Shown: positions 1-9,536, numbered from the stretch's first letter. The stretch is 20,284 nucleotides of DNA from Longimicrobiales bacterium (GCA_965197725.1 CBDANQ010000037.1:1-20284); one strand, 5' to 3'. Notes: generated from the letters alone by a model not told the origin. Translations and numbers: made by a program.

Positions 1-1644
1 CATCTGAGAGCTCGGCTGGCGGAGTGGGAGCGTACCTACGACGCGACGCCGAAGAGGGACGTACTCTTCTCGACGACTTCAGGCACTGAGGTGAGGCCTC
101 TGTATACCGAGCTCGATCGTGAAGGCGGCGATACCGAACACGATCTGGGCTTTCCCGGTGAGTTTCCGTTCACGCGGGGTCCGTACCCCACGATGTACCG
201 GACCCGTCTTTGGACGATGCGCCAGTTCGCGGGCTTCGGCACGGCGGAGGAAACCAACGAGCGCTACAAGTATCTGCTGGCCCACGGCCAGACCGGCCTG
301 TCGGTCGCGTTTGACTTCCCTACGCTCATGGGGTACGACTCCGACCACAGGCGCTCGCTGGGAGAAGTAGGGGTCTGCGGAGTCGCGATTTCGTCGCTCG
401 ACGACATGGAACGTCTGTTCCAGGGCATTCCGCTGGACCAGGTCTCGGTCTCGATGACGATCAATGGTCCGGCCATCATCCTCTTCTGCTTCTACGTCGC
501 CGCGGCCGAGAGACAGGGTATCTCCGCCGCGGTTTTGCGTGGCACGGTCCAGAACGACATCCTCAAGGAGTACCAGGCCCAGCACGCTTGGGTCTTCCCT
601 CCAGAGCCGGCTCTGCGATGCATCATCGACATGTTCGAGTGGTGCAGCGAGAACGCGCCGAACTACAACCCGATCTCGATCTCGGGCTACCACATTCGCG
701 AGGCTGGGTCGACGGCGGGGCAAGAGCTTGCGTTCACACTGCGCAACGGCTTCGAGTACGTCGAGCGCGGCATCGCGCGAGGTCTCGACGTGGACACCTT
801 CGCGCCACGCCTGTCCTTCTTCTTCGACGTTCACAACGACTTCTTCGAAGAGATCGCCAAGTTGCGCGCCGCCCGTCGGATTTGGGCGAGGCGCATGCGC
901 GACGTGTACGGGGCGAGGAGTCCGGAGTCGTGGCGGCTGCGCACGCACGCCCAGACCGCGGGTGTGAGCCTCACCGCACAGCAGGCCGAGAACAACATCG
1001 TGCGGGTCGCCTACCAGGCGATGGCGGCCGCTCTGGGTGGCACCCAGTCGCTGCACACCAACTCGATGGATGAGACGCTCGCTCTTCCCACGGAGAAAGC
1101 GGTGCGCATCGCACTGCGGACGCAGCAGGTCCTGGCGTTCGAGTCCGGTGTCACGAACACGATCGACCCCCTCGCGGGATCGTATTTCGTGGAGTCGCTC
1201 ACCGACGAGCTCGAGCGCGAGGCGCTGGGCATTTTCGACGAGATCGACGCGTTGGGCGGTGTCGTGCCCGGTATCGAACAGGGGTGGTTTCAAGGGGAGA
1301 TCGCCGCCTCCGCCATGCGTCAGCAACGTGAAATCGAGCGCGGGCAACGCGTTGTCGTGGGCGTGAATCAATTCACGGAAGGCTCCGAGAAGATCGAGAT
1401 CGATCGGCTGAAGATCGACGCGTCGGTCGAGCGGCTTCAGGTCGCGCGCGTGGCGGAATTGCGTTTCGGTCGGGAAGCGGGGCAGGTCGATCAAACTCTG
1501 GCTGCCTTGCGCAAGGCGAGCTCGGGTGGGGACAACCTGGTACCGGTCATCCTGGACTGTGCCCGTGCGGCCTGCACGCTGTACGAGATCCGACACGCCA
1601 TGGAGGAGGTCTTCGGTTCGTACAAGGAGCCTGTCTTCTTCTGA
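1..1644 (+). CDS. B12-dependent acyl-CoA mutase large (substrate-binding) subunit, methylmalonyl-CoA mutase family, isobutyryl-CoA-mutase-like; 5' end lies outside the window
   Basis: Frame is open from base 1 (HLRARLAEWERTYD...SGTEVRPLYT). Motifs FPFTRGPYPTMY, WTMRQFAGFG, GTVQNDILKEY, ISISGYHIREAG and QSLHTNSMDE are present. Confidence 0.95.
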   Translation, partial: HLRARLAEWERTYDATPKRDVLFSTTSGTEVRPLYTELDREGGDTEHDLGFPGEFPFTRGPYPTMYRTRLWTMRQFAGFGTAEETNERYKYLLAHGQTGLSVAFDFPTLMGYDSDHRRSLGEVGVCGVAISSLDDMERLFQGIPLDQVSVSMTINGPAIILFCFYVAAAERQGISAAVLRGTVQNDILKEYQAQHAWVFPPEPALRCIIDMFEWCSENAPNYNPISISGYHIREAGSTAGQELAFTLRNGFEYVERGIARGLDVDTFAPRLSFFFDVHNDFFEEIAKLRAARRIWARRMRDVYGARSPESWRLRTHAQTAGVSLTAQQAENNIVRVAYQAMAAALGGTQSLHTNSMDETLALPTEKAVRIALRTQQVLAFESGVTNTIDPLAGSYFVESLTDELEREALGIFDEIDALGGVVPGIEQGWFQGEIAASAMRQQREIERGQRVVVGVNQFTEGSEKIEIDRLKIDASVERLQVARVAELRFGREAGQVDQTLAALRKASSGGDNLVPVILDCARAACTLYEIRHAMEEVFGSYKEPVFF

Positions 1645-1656
1645 GCCGGGAGGCCC

Positions 1657-2073
1657 ATGTCCGATACGCATCGTAAGATTCGAGTACTCGTTGCCAAGCC
1701 TGGCTTGGACGGTCACGACCGAGGCGCAAAAGTCGTCGCGAGCGCGTTTCGTGATGCCGGCTTCGAGGTCATCTACACAGGTCTGCACCAGACGCCCGAG
1801 ATGATCGCGAGCGCCGCCGTTCAGGAGGACGTGGACGTCGTGGCGATGTCCGTGCTGTCGGGCGCGCATCTAACGCTTTTTCCCCGTGTAAAGGCACTAC
1901 TCGACGCCGCCGCGGCCGATCACGTCCTGCTCACCGGCGGCGGTATCATCTCTGAGGGCGACATGGCCGCGCTCGGCGAGCAGGGAATCGGGAAGCTGTT
2001 CGGTCCGGGCACGCCCACGACCGCCGCGATCGACTACATCCGCGAGTGGTTCTCTACCCACGAGGCGGTGTGA
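1657..2073 (+). CDS. Cobalamin-binding small subunit of the acyl-CoA mutase
   Basis: [13 protein letters not shown] (DxHxxG base-off motif), SVLSGAH and GGII; GGAGG immediately upstream. Confidence 0.95.
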   Translation: MSDTHRKIRVLVAKPGLDGHDRGAKVVASAFRDAGFEVIYTGLHQTPEMIASAAVQEDVDVVAMSVLSGAHLTLFPRVKALLDAAAADHVLLTGGGIISEGDMAALGEQGIGKLFGPGTPTTAAIDYIREWFSTHEAV

Positions 2074-2092
2074 CCGAGGGACGGCCTCACTA

Positions 2093-3718
2093 GTGACGGC
2101 TGACGAATCTCGCCGACCCCGCGGCCGGATGGCCGAGCTGTCAGTCGATCTTCGAGAACTCCGCGATCGCTTGTACGACGGTGGTGGCGCGGAGCGCATC
2201 GAGCGCCAGCATGCACTAGGGAAACTGACCGCGCGTGAGCGTGTCGATCTCTTGCTCGACGAGGGGGAGCCCTGGGTCGAGATCGGGCTGCTCGTCGCGC
2301 ACGACCTCTATGACGGGGCGGCACCCAGTGCAGGCGTGGTTACCGGCGTCGGACGCGTCTCCGGACGCGAGGTCGTCATCGTCGCCAACGACGCCACGGT
2401 CAAGGCAGGGTCGTGGTGGCCCGAGACGATCACGAAGATCCTGCGGGCCCAGGAAGTCGCGATGCGGTGCCGCGTCCCGATTCTCTATCTGGTGGACTCG
2501 GCCGGCGTCAACCTCCCCTTTCAGGGCGGGGTGTTCCCGGGTCAGTACGGCGCCGCGCGCATTTTCTACTACAACTCGGTGATGCGGCGCTATCTGCGCG
2601 TTCCCCAGCTCGCGGCGGTCATGGGGCCGTGTATTGCCGGTGGCGCGTACCTGCCGGCGCTGTCCGACGTGATCCTCATGGTCGAGGGCACGTCGTTCAT
2701 GGGGCTCGGGGGGCCGAACCTCGTAAAAGGAGCGACGGGCCAGATCGTGGGCTCGGAGGACCTCGGCGGCGCCCGCGTGCACACGGAGGTCAGCGCCGTA
2801 GCGCACTACATGGTCGAGAGCGACGAGGCGTGCATCGCTCGGCTCCAACAGCTCGTCGCCGAGCTTCCGCGGCACGACCTGGCCCCAGGGCGCACCGCCA
2901 CGCCGCCCAAGCGGTTGGCGTACGAGCTCTACGATATCATGCCGGACGATCACCGCCATCCGTACGACACGCGCGCCGTACTCGAGTGCATCTTGGACGG
3001 CGAGGAGCTCGACGAGTTCCAGCCGGGCCATGCGCCGGAGATGATCTGCGGAACGGCCTTCATCGACGGCCACCCCGTCGGGGTCATCGCCAACGCTCGT
3101 GGCATGTTCAAGAACACCGACGGGCCCCCGCGACTCGGCGGCATCGTGTATACCGAGAGCGCGAGAAAGGTGGCGTACTTCATCGAGACCGTGAACCGCC
3201 ATGAGACACCGATTCTGTTCGTTCAGGACGTCTCGGGCTTCATGGTCGGGACGGACGCCGAGCACTCCGGAATCATCAGAGCCGGCGCGGAGTTCGTGGA
3301 AGCGATGGCCACCGCGACGGTGCCGAAGGTCGTGCTGACCCTCAACCACGCGTCAGGCGCGGGATATTACGCGATGGCGGGGCAGGGCTTCGATCCGGAC
3401 TTCATTCTCTCCCTGCCCACGGGTCGCATGGGGGTGATGGAGGGTGAGAGCGCTGTGATGGCGCTCTTCAGTGCGCAGCTCGACCGCCTCAAGGAGGCGG
3501 GCCATCTCCCTGACGAAGATCTGACCACGAAGATGGACGAGGTCCGAGCCGAGTACGACCGTCAGCTCGACGCCCGCTTCGCGGGGGCCCGGGGCTTCGT
3601 CGACGAGATCGTGCTGCCCGAGGAACTACGCCCGGCGCTGGGACTGTTGATTCGCACGGCGCTCAACAACTCCGGGCCGCACCTCGGCGCGTTCCAGATC
3701 ACGGGCGCCGCCGAATGA
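2093..3718 (+). CDS. Acyl-CoA carboxylase carboxyltransferase (beta) subunit, MccB/AtuC/PccB family
   Basis: GKLTARERVDLLLD, ANDATVKAGSW, GPCIAGGAY, QDVSGFMVG and GAGYYAMAG. The start could alternatively be the ATG at 2129. Confidence 0.92.
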   Translation: MTADESRRPRGRMAELSVDLRELRDRLYDGGGAERIERQHALGKLTARERVDLLLDEGEPWVEIGLLVAHDLYDGAAPSAGVVTGVGRVSGREVVIVANDATVKAGSWWPETITKILRAQEVAMRCRVPILYLVDSAGVNLPFQGGVFPGQYGAARIFYYNSVMRRYLRVPQLAAVMGPCIAGGAYLPALSDVILMVEGTSFMGLGGPNLVKGATGQIVGSEDLGGARVHTEVSAVAHYMVESDEACIARLQQLVAELPRHDLAPGRTATPPKRLAYELYDIMPDDHRHPYDTRAVLECILDGEELDEFQPGHAPEMICGTAFIDGHPVGVIANARGMFKNTDGPPRLGGIVYTESARKVAYFIETVNRHETPILFVQDVSGFMVGTDAEHSGIIRAGAEFVEAMATATVPKVVLTLNHASGAGYYAMAGQGFDPDFILSLPTGRMGVMEGESAVMALFSAQLDRLKEAGHLPDEDLTTKMDEVRAEYDRQLDARFAGARGFVDEIVLPEELRPALGLLIRTALNNSGPHLGAFQITGAAE

Positions 3719-5097
3719 GCGACGACGACCGCGTCGTCCGCGTCGCGAGCGGACATGGCTTCTGGGGCGACGATCTCGAGGCGCCTGTGCGCCAAGTCGA
3801 GGGCGGGCCCATCGACTACCTCATGTTGGACTACCTCGCCGAGGTAACCATGTCCATCATGCGGAAGCAGCGCGCGCGGGACCCGGACGCCGGATACGCT
3901 GGGGACTTCGTGCCGCTGATGGAGCGGATCTTCCCGGCGTGCGTGGAGCGTGGAGTGAGGGTTGTCACCAACGCGGGGGGCGTGAACCCTGTGGGCTGCG
4001 CCGAGGCGCTCGCTCAAGCGGGACGCTCGGCGGGTGTCGCCGGGCGCGCGAAGGTCGGCCTCGTGACGGGCGACGACTTGATGGATCGACTCGACGCACT
4101 TCTCGGGGAGGGTCACGAGCTGACCCACATGGAGACCGGTGCTCCACTCCGTGAGGTGCGCGACCGCGTGCAGAGCGCGAACGCGTATATCGGCGCGGCT
4201 CCAATCGTGCGTGCCCTCGAGCTCGGCGCGGACGTGATCGTGACCGGCCGCAGCACCGATGCGGCCCTCACGTACGGTCCGCTGATGTACGAGTTCGGGT
4301 GGGCCGCGGACGACTTCGACCGCATCGCAGCGGGGGTCGTCGCCGGCCACATCAACGAGTGCGGCGCCCAGTCCACAGGTGGGAACTGCATGATCGACTG
4401 GTGGCAGATTCCGGACCTGGCAGCGGTCGGCTTCCCGATCGTCGAGGTTGCCGCCGATGGCGCCTTCGTGGTGACCAAGCACGACGGGAGTGGCGGATGG
4501 GTCACCCGCGGATCGGTGACTGAACAGATCGTCTACGAGATCGGCGACCCGACGACGTACATCACTCCGGACGTCATCGCGGACTTTACGAGCATTCAGC
4601 TGGACGACCGAGGTGACGACCGCGTTCGCGTGCACGGGATCACAGGCCGCGCCCGGACGGATTTCTTGAAGGTCTCGATCGCCTATTCATCGGGATGGAA
4701 GGCCACCGGAACGCTCACCTATTCATGGCCGGATGCGGCGGCCAAGGCGAGGGAAGCCGATCGCATTCTGCGGCAACGTCTCGACCGGCTCGGCCTGCGC
4801 TTCGACGAAATCCGCACGGAATTGGTCGGGTGGGACTCGACACACGGAACGCTCGCCGGCGAGCCACCGGCCGACCTACCCGAGGTCCAGCTTCGCATTG
4901 GCGTGCGAGCTGAGGAGCGCGCGCCCGTCGAACGATTCACGCGCGAAATCGCGCCGCTCGTGTTGACCGGGCCGCCGTCGGTGACCGGCTTCGCGGGTGG
5001 GCGCCCTCGGGTTCAAGAGATCATGACGTACTGGCCGGCGCTCATTGAGCGTGCGGCGGTTGAACCGCACTTGGCCGTCGACGTGAAGGAGGTGTGA
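3715..5097 (+). CDS. Acyclic terpene utilisation AtuA family protein (DUF1446)
   Basis: GFWGD, DYLAEVTM, TNAGGVNP, ANAYIGA, GHINECGAQSTGGN and EQIVYEIGDP; ATGA overlap with the previous stop. Confidence 0.9.
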   Translation: MSDDDRVVRVASGHGFWGDDLEAPVRQVEGGPIDYLMLDYLAEVTMSIMRKQRARDPDAGYAGDFVPLMERIFPACVERGVRVVTNAGGVNPVGCAEALAQAGRSAGVAGRAKVGLVTGDDLMDRLDALLGEGHELTHMETGAPLREVRDRVQSANAYIGAAPIVRALELGADVIVTGRSTDAALTYGPLMYEFGWAADDFDRIAAGVVAGHINECGAQSTGGNCMIDWWQIPDLAAVGFPIVEVAADGAFVVTKHDGSGGWVTRGSVTEQIVYEIGDPTTYITPDVIADFTSIQLDDRGDDRVRVHGITGRARTDFLKVSIAYSSGWKATGTLTYSWPDAAAKAREADRILRQRLDRLGLRFDEIRTELVGWDSTHGTLAGEPPADLPEVQLRIGVRAEERAPVERFTREIAPLVLTGPPSVTGFAGGRPRVQEIMTYWPALIERAAVEPHLAVDVKEV

Positions 5098-5498
5098 AGC
5101 GCATGGCTCGAGTTCAGCTGGTGGACGTCGCGCACACTCGCTCCGGCGACAAGGGCGACACCGTGAACGTGGGGGTCATCGCCATTGACTCCGAGCACTA
5201 CGAACTGCTTCGCGGTCATCTCACCACCGACCGGGTGAAGGCCCACTTCGGATCGATGGTGCGTGGCGACGTCGAACGGTTCGAACTTCCGAACCTGGGG
5301 GCGCTCAATTTCCTGCTGCACGGTGCCCTGGGAGGCGGCGGTACGATGTCGCTCATGAACGATGCTCAGGGAAAGGTGTTCAGTACCGCGCTGCTGAGAA
5401 TGGAAATCGAAGTGCCGGACGAAGTCGCAGACACCGTAAAGGGACGGGGCCGCGTGCCGGCCGACTGGGTGCCAGGAAGATCCGGGGGTGCGCCATGA
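5094..5498 (+). CDS. AtuA-related small protein (stand-alone C-terminal AtuA-like domain)
   Basis: AHTRSGDKGD, VERFELPNLGALNFLL and LGGGG..SL..DAQGK; GTGA overlap. An ATG at 5103 is an alternative start. Confidence 0.85.
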   Translation: MKRMARVQLVDVAHTRSGDKGDTVNVGVIAIDSEHYELLRGHLTTDRVKAHFGSMVRGDVERFELPNLGALNFLLHGALGGGGTMSLMNDAQGKVFSTALLRMEIEVPDEVADTVKGRGRVPADWVPGRSGGAP

Positions 5499-6268
5499 AC
5501 GAACTGCCGGTCCTCCCGTACACAGTCGACAACGGCATCGTGACGCTCACGCTCAACCGCCCAGACAAGCGCAACGCGATCAACCAGGCCATGGTCACGT
5601 CCCTCAAGGCCTTCCTCGAGCGCGCGGCGGAAGATCTGGACGCGAGGGTGGTGGTCCTCACCGGACGCGGAAGAGATTTTTGTGCCGGGGCGGACCTCGA
5701 GGAGCTCCAGCGGATCGTCAAGCTGAGCCAGGAAGACAACCTCGAGGACGCGCTCTCGTTGGGTGAACTCTTCATCCAAATTCGGCGACACCCGTTGCCG
5801 GTGGTCGCACTCGTGAAGGGGCGCGCGCTCGCCGGCGGGTGCGGGTTGGCCACCGCGTGCGACATCGTGCTCGCGCGCGACGACTCCGAGTTTGGCTACC
5901 CCGAGATCCACCTCGGCTTCGTTCCGGCTATGGTGATGGCGATCTTGCGGCGGAAGGTGTCGGAAACGCAGGCCTTCGAGCTCGTCGTCAAGGGCGACCC
6001 CATCTCAGCGAAAGAGGCTAGAGAGCTCGGGCTCGTGACCCGGGTCTTCCCGGCGTTTACGTTCTCGGAGAACGCGAAGCAGTATCTGGAGGTGTTCGGC
6101 AAGAAGCCGCGCGAGGCCGTCATCCTCACCAAGAAGCTTCTCTGCGAGCTCGACGATCTGGACTTCGAGTCGGCCATCCGCCGCGGTGCCGAAGTCAACG
6201 TTGAAGCACGCATGTCCGAGGAGTGGCGTGAAGGGGTCCGGCGCTTCCTAGAGAAATCGGACGACTGA
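5495..6268 (+). CDS. Enoyl-CoA hydratase/isomerase (crotonase), methylglutaconyl-CoA hydratase-like
   Basis: LTLNRPDKRNA, FCAGADL, ALAGGCGLATACD and FGYPEIHLGFVP; ATGA overlap. Confidence 0.9.
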   Translation: MNELPVLPYTVDNGIVTLTLNRPDKRNAINQAMVTSLKAFLERAAEDLDARVVVLTGRGRDFCAGADLEELQRIVKLSQEDNLEDALSLGELFIQIRRHPLPVVALVKGRALAGGCGLATACDIVLARDDSEFGYPEIHLGFVPAMVMAILRRKVSETQAFELVVKGDPISAKEARELGLVTRVFPAFTFSENAKQYLEVFGKKPREAVILTKKLLCELDDLDFESAIRRGAEVNVEARMSEEWREGVRRFLEKSDD

Positions 6269-6275
6269 GTTCAGC

Positions 6276-6464
6276 GTGTCACTCTTCCGCGACCGGTCGC
6301 CCAATCCCCGCCCCGCGCTCGAGTGGAAGGTGGGGGTGTTCACCGTGGGTGCTGTCATGGCGTTGACCGGTATCTATTTCGAGGAGCGATGGCTGACGGG
6401 TGCGGCGCTCGTGGTCTTGGTGGCCGGCGCACTCCTCCGGCGGTCCCATTCCCCCATGCCGTAG
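6276..6464 (+). CDS. Small hypothetical membrane protein (62 aa, two hydrophobic segments)
   Basis: Fills the gap between the crotonase and recQ on the operon strand; hydrophobic stretches VGVFTVGAVMALTGIYF and WLTGAALVVLVAGALL. Confidence 0.6.
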   Translation: MSLFRDRSPNPRPALEWKVGVFTVGAVMALTGIYFEERWLTGAALVVLVAGALLRRSHSPMP

Positions 6465-6490
6465 GCTCATGCGGTCCGTGAGCGTGGGGG

Positions 6491-7873
6491 ATGTCTGCCG
6501 ACCCCGTCGCGTTGCTTCACAAGCACCTCGGCTATCCCGCTTTCCGTCCGGGACAGGAGGAGCTCGTGCGCGCGGTTCTCGCGGGCCGCGATGCCCTCGG
6601 CATCCTGCCGACCGGGGGAGGCAAGAGCGTCTGCTATCAGATTCCCGCGCTCGCGCTCGGCGGTCTCACGCTGGTGATCACGCCGCTCGTTTCCCTCATG
6701 GAAGACCAGGTCCGCCGCGCGCTCGAGGCGGGGCTTCGAGCCGCCTTCCTGGGCTCGGCGCAGGAGGTCGGGCAGCGTAGAACCATCACCCAGGCGGCAC
6801 GAACGGGTGCCCTCGACGTGCTCTTCGTGGCGCCGGAGCGCATCGGCCTCACTGCCTTTCGCCGTCTCGTGGCTGAATGCGACGTGCGGTTGCTCGTGGT
6901 CGACGAAGCGCACTGCATCAGCCAGTGGGGGCACGACTTTCGGCCTTCGTACCGCGAGATCGGTCGATTGAGGGCCTGGGCCGCCTGTCCGGTGCTGGCG
7001 CTGACCGCGACGGCGACGCCCACTGTCCGCGACGACGTGCGCACCAACTTGGGGATGGTCGACCCGGAGATCGTCGTCCAGTCGTTCGATCGCCCCAACC
7101 TCGCCTGGCGGGTGGAGCGCGTGGGCTCTGGCGAGAACAGGATGAGACGGCTACACAGCGTGATTCGCATGCACCCTGGGACGGCGATCGTCTACGCGCC
7201 CACTCGGCGGAGCGTGGAGGAGGTGAGAGACGCCCTAGCTCGGCTCGGGCAGCGGACCGAAGCGTACCACGCCGGCCTGAGTGCTCAGACGCGGACACGC
7301 GTACTTCACGGCTTTCTGGCGGACGACTGTCGGATCGTCGTCGCCACGAATGCGTTCGGCATGGGCATCGACAAGCCCGACGTCCGGCTGGTCGTCCACG
7401 CGCAGCTCCCCACGACCCTCGAGGCGTACTATCAGGAGGCGGGGAGAGCGGGGCGGGACGGGGCGCACGCGACTTGCTTGGCGTTTTACCATCGAGACGA
7501 TCGCCGGGTAGGGCGGATGTTCCTGGAACGAACCCACCCACGGCTCGACCTTCTCAGGCGGGTGCATCGAGGTCTAGTGCGAGGACGCGACGCATTCGGG
7601 GTCGTCGACACCACCGCGTGTGGCCTCACCAGCGACTCGGGCGGCGAGGTCTGCAGGGAAGACGTACCGCTCGTGCTCGCCGCGCTCGAGCGCACAGGCG
7701 CGATCCGGCGGTTACCCGAAAAGGCATCGGTGTCGGACGGAACCGCGGCGCCCGATGGAGGGTCTCACCAGGTCCGCGTGGGAGTTCATTCACGCGCGGA
7801 CTTGGCCTGGGCCAACGAGCTGCGACAGTCCGCGATTCGCAAGCTCGATGCCGTCGAACGGTATGCGCGGGGC
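6491..7873 (+). pseudogene. recQ: RecQ family ATP-dependent DNA helicase, 5' part (461 codons), interrupted by an IS; read-through adds GSGTV and stops at 7891 inside the IR
   Basis: [42 protein letters not shown] and [12 protein letters not shown]. The native frame ends at the target duplication (..ERYARG). Confidence 0.93.
7866..7873 (+). repeat. Target-site duplication, left copy (CGCGGGGC)
   Basis: Identical to 10607-10614 and abuts the IR. Confidence 0.95.
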
Positions 7874-7895
7874 GGTAGTGGTACAGTTTGATTCC
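7874..7895 (+). repeat. Terminal inverted repeat downstream of the transposase, GGTAGTGGTACAGTTTGATTCC
   Basis: Reverse complement of 10585-10606 with one mismatch (first 18 bp perfect); GGT terminus typical of the IS1 family. Confidence 0.95.
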
Positions 7896-7933
7896 TAGCC
7901 GTCGACATTCTTGGGTCAAAGGGTGTGCTGCCA

Positions 7934-7961
7934 TTGCACATTTCACGGTCAGTAGTATTAT
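7934..7961 (+). promoter_or_regulatory. Putative sigma70 promoter for the hicB-like cassette (TTGCAC-N16-TATTAT)
   Basis: Consensus-like hexamers in an AT-rich patch 35 bp upstream of the ATG at 7997, followed by GGAGG. Confidence 0.5.
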
Positions 7962-7996
7962 GCTAAAGATTCATCGCCTGGGGAGGGGGGCATAAC

Positions 7997-8314
7997 ATGA
8001 CGACCTATACGATAGACGCCGTTCTTCTTGAGCGCGATCCCGGTGAGTGGGTGGCGCAATGTCTGCAATATGATATCGGGGCTCAGGCGGGGAACCTCCC
8101 TGACCTACTCTATGAATTACAGAGATCCATCGTGGGACATACGGTGATCGCCATCGAGAACGGACTAGAGCCGATGAAGTGCCTGTCACCGGCGCCCCAG
8201 GAGTATTGGGACATGTGGAATGCCGCGAACATCGACGTACGGGGCGAGGCTCTTCCATTCCGCACACTCGAGGAACGCCCCGCGATTGTCCCCCGCCTCA
8301 AGATCGCGGCCTAG
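7997..8314 (+). CDS. HicB-like antitoxin family protein (105 aa), IS passenger
   Basis: GGAGG RBS; beta-beta-beta-alpha pattern VLLERDPGEWVAQCLQYDIGAQAGNLPDLLYELQRSI resembles the HicB N-terminal domain; no obvious C-terminal HTH/RHH. Confidence 0.65.
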   Translation: MTTYTIDAVLLERDPGEWVAQCLQYDIGAQAGNLPDLLYELQRSIVGHTVIAIENGLEPMKCLSPAPQEYWDMWNAANIDVRGEALPFRTLEERPAIVPRLKIAA

Positions 8315-8320
8315 ATACGA

Positions 8321-8603
8321 GTGGCGCCTTACCCATTCCACCAGGCGCCAAAAATTGGCGAACTCATCGCCATCTTCACGGGTGAGCACGGCGCCACCCT
8401 GGAAAACACCACCTCTCCCATCGTAGGGCCTCGCGGTGAAACCCAAGGTGAGATACCTTCGGCGCGAGGCGGACGGGGAAGTAAAAGCTTCCGAGCCACT
8501 ACTGAACGACGACGACGATCTCGTGGGTTGGGATATGGCGCGTCGACTGTGCCGCCAACTCGGACTCGAGGCGAATGTGGTACCCGGACTGCACCTGGGC
8601 TGA
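8321..8603 (+). pseudogene. HicA-like toxin candidate with a +1 frameshift near 8427-8445 (about 93 aa if repaired)
   Basis: GTG 6 nt after the hicB-like stop. Removing one base at ACCCAAG (8441-8447) gives ...VGPRGETKVRYLRREADGEVKASEPLLNDDDDLVGWDMARRLCRQLGLEANVVPGLHLG*, which ends 1 nt from the convergent transposase stop. Confidence 0.55.
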
Positions 8604-8604
8604 A

Positions 8605-9468
8605 TCAGCTTCCCACCTCGACCGCCTCCAGAAGCCCCACAACTTCTTCCATCGTCCAAACATGGTCCGCGACGCCAGCAGCCATCGCAGGCGTCTTGTA
8701 GATGCCTCCGGCTTGCTTGGTCAACGTCTGATGCTTCCGCACGAAGTTGTAGTACATGTAGTGGAGGCTCAGCGCGTGCTTGTGGTTCTCGATCTTCTTT
8801 GAGAAGCCGTTCGTCAGCCGCGTGAGCCGACGCATGTTCATCCTCATCGTGAGATTCTGTCTCTCGATATATGACGTGGAAACTTGGTCCGGGTCTGGAT
8901 CTCCCATCACCCGGTTCTTGTCGATGCCAAGGATTTCCGGGGGGCTGTAACGTCGCTGGCCATCCGGTGCTGGACCGTAGAGTTTAACTAGCATCGCGTA
9001 GTCTACCTGTCCCCACCCGAAGGCACCCTCTACAGCGGACAGATATGCCCTGTGTCCGTCTGTGGTGAGTTGGACGCGGTTCGCGAGACGCGATGCTAGA
9101 TCCTCCATGAACAGATAGCCTGCGTTGGCGTCGCGACCGCCAACGTGCCAGCAGGGTACGAGCTTTGTGTCAGCGCAGATCGCCGCCCAGATCCAAGCGT
9201 CACCTCTTCCACAGCCCCGCTCGTCACGGGGGATGTTGCGTTCCTTCGCGCCGACGAAGCTCCACACTTCGTCGCATTGGATTCGCTTGCAGGGCAGGTT
9301 CACGAAGGTCTTACGCTGATAGTCCAGGCATACCGGCCCGATGTCCCCCAGAAGCTTGAGGATCGTCACCTTGGACACACCCGTCATACGAGACGTGGCG
9401 TTCACTGACGTGCCCTCGCAGAGCGCGGTGAGGATCATGCTTCTCTTTTCGGTCGAAAGCCTGTTCAT
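8605..9468 (-). CDS. IS1-family DDE transposase (single ORF, N-terminal HTH, no zinc finger)
   Basis: HTH-like EGTSVNATSRMTGVSKVTILKLL; catalytic motifs IQCDEVWSFVG, LTTDGHRAY and TSYIERQNLTMR..RRLTRLT..FSKK; C-terminal TPAMAAGV..H.W; GGAGGGAGG RBS. Confidence 0.93.
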   Translation of the reverse strand: MNRLSTEKRSMILTALCEGTSVNATSRMTGVSKVTILKLLGDIGPVCLDYQRKTFVNLPCKRIQCDEVWSFVGAKERNIPRDERGCGRGDAWIWAAICADTKLVPCWHVGGRDANAGYLFMEDLASRLANRVQLTTDGHRAYLSAVEGAFGWGQVDYAMLVKLYGPAPDGQRRYSPPEILGIDKNRVMGDPDPDQVSTSYIERQNLTMRMNMRRLTRLTNGFSKKIENHKHALSLHYMYYNFVRKHQTLTKQAGGIYKTPAMAAGVADHVWTMEEVVGLLEAVEVGS

Positions 9469-9499
9469 CGCCTCCCTCCAAAGCTACTATAACTGTACT

Positions 9500-9528
9500 A
9501 ATATGCTTGCCTACGTGAGAGAAGTCAA
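9500..9528 (-). promoter_or_regulatory. Putative sigma70 promoter of the transposase (TTGACT-N17-CATATT)
   Basis: -35 at 9528-9523 and -10 at 9505-9500 with exact 17-bp spacing, about 30 bp upstream of the ATG. Confidence 0.65.
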
Positions 9529-9536
9529 GGGTGGAT

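Noticed and set aside
79..1869. 596-aa minus-strand ORF, and similar long antisense ORFs at 2216-3349, 3562-4635, 17232-17954 and 18114-18887
   Set aside because: They lie opposite well-supported genes, have no recognisable motifs, and are the expected shadow ORFs of GC-rich coding DNA.
8321..8701. 126-aa ORF as listed in the track
   Set aside because: Its second half is low-complexity and overlaps the transposase by about 100 bp; the +1 frame gives a more protein-like product ending cleanly at 8603.
9479..9486. TAGCTTTG shared upstream of both minus-strand IS genes (also 10548-10555)
   Set aside because: Only 8 bp and at different positions relative to the predicted promoters; not separable from chance.
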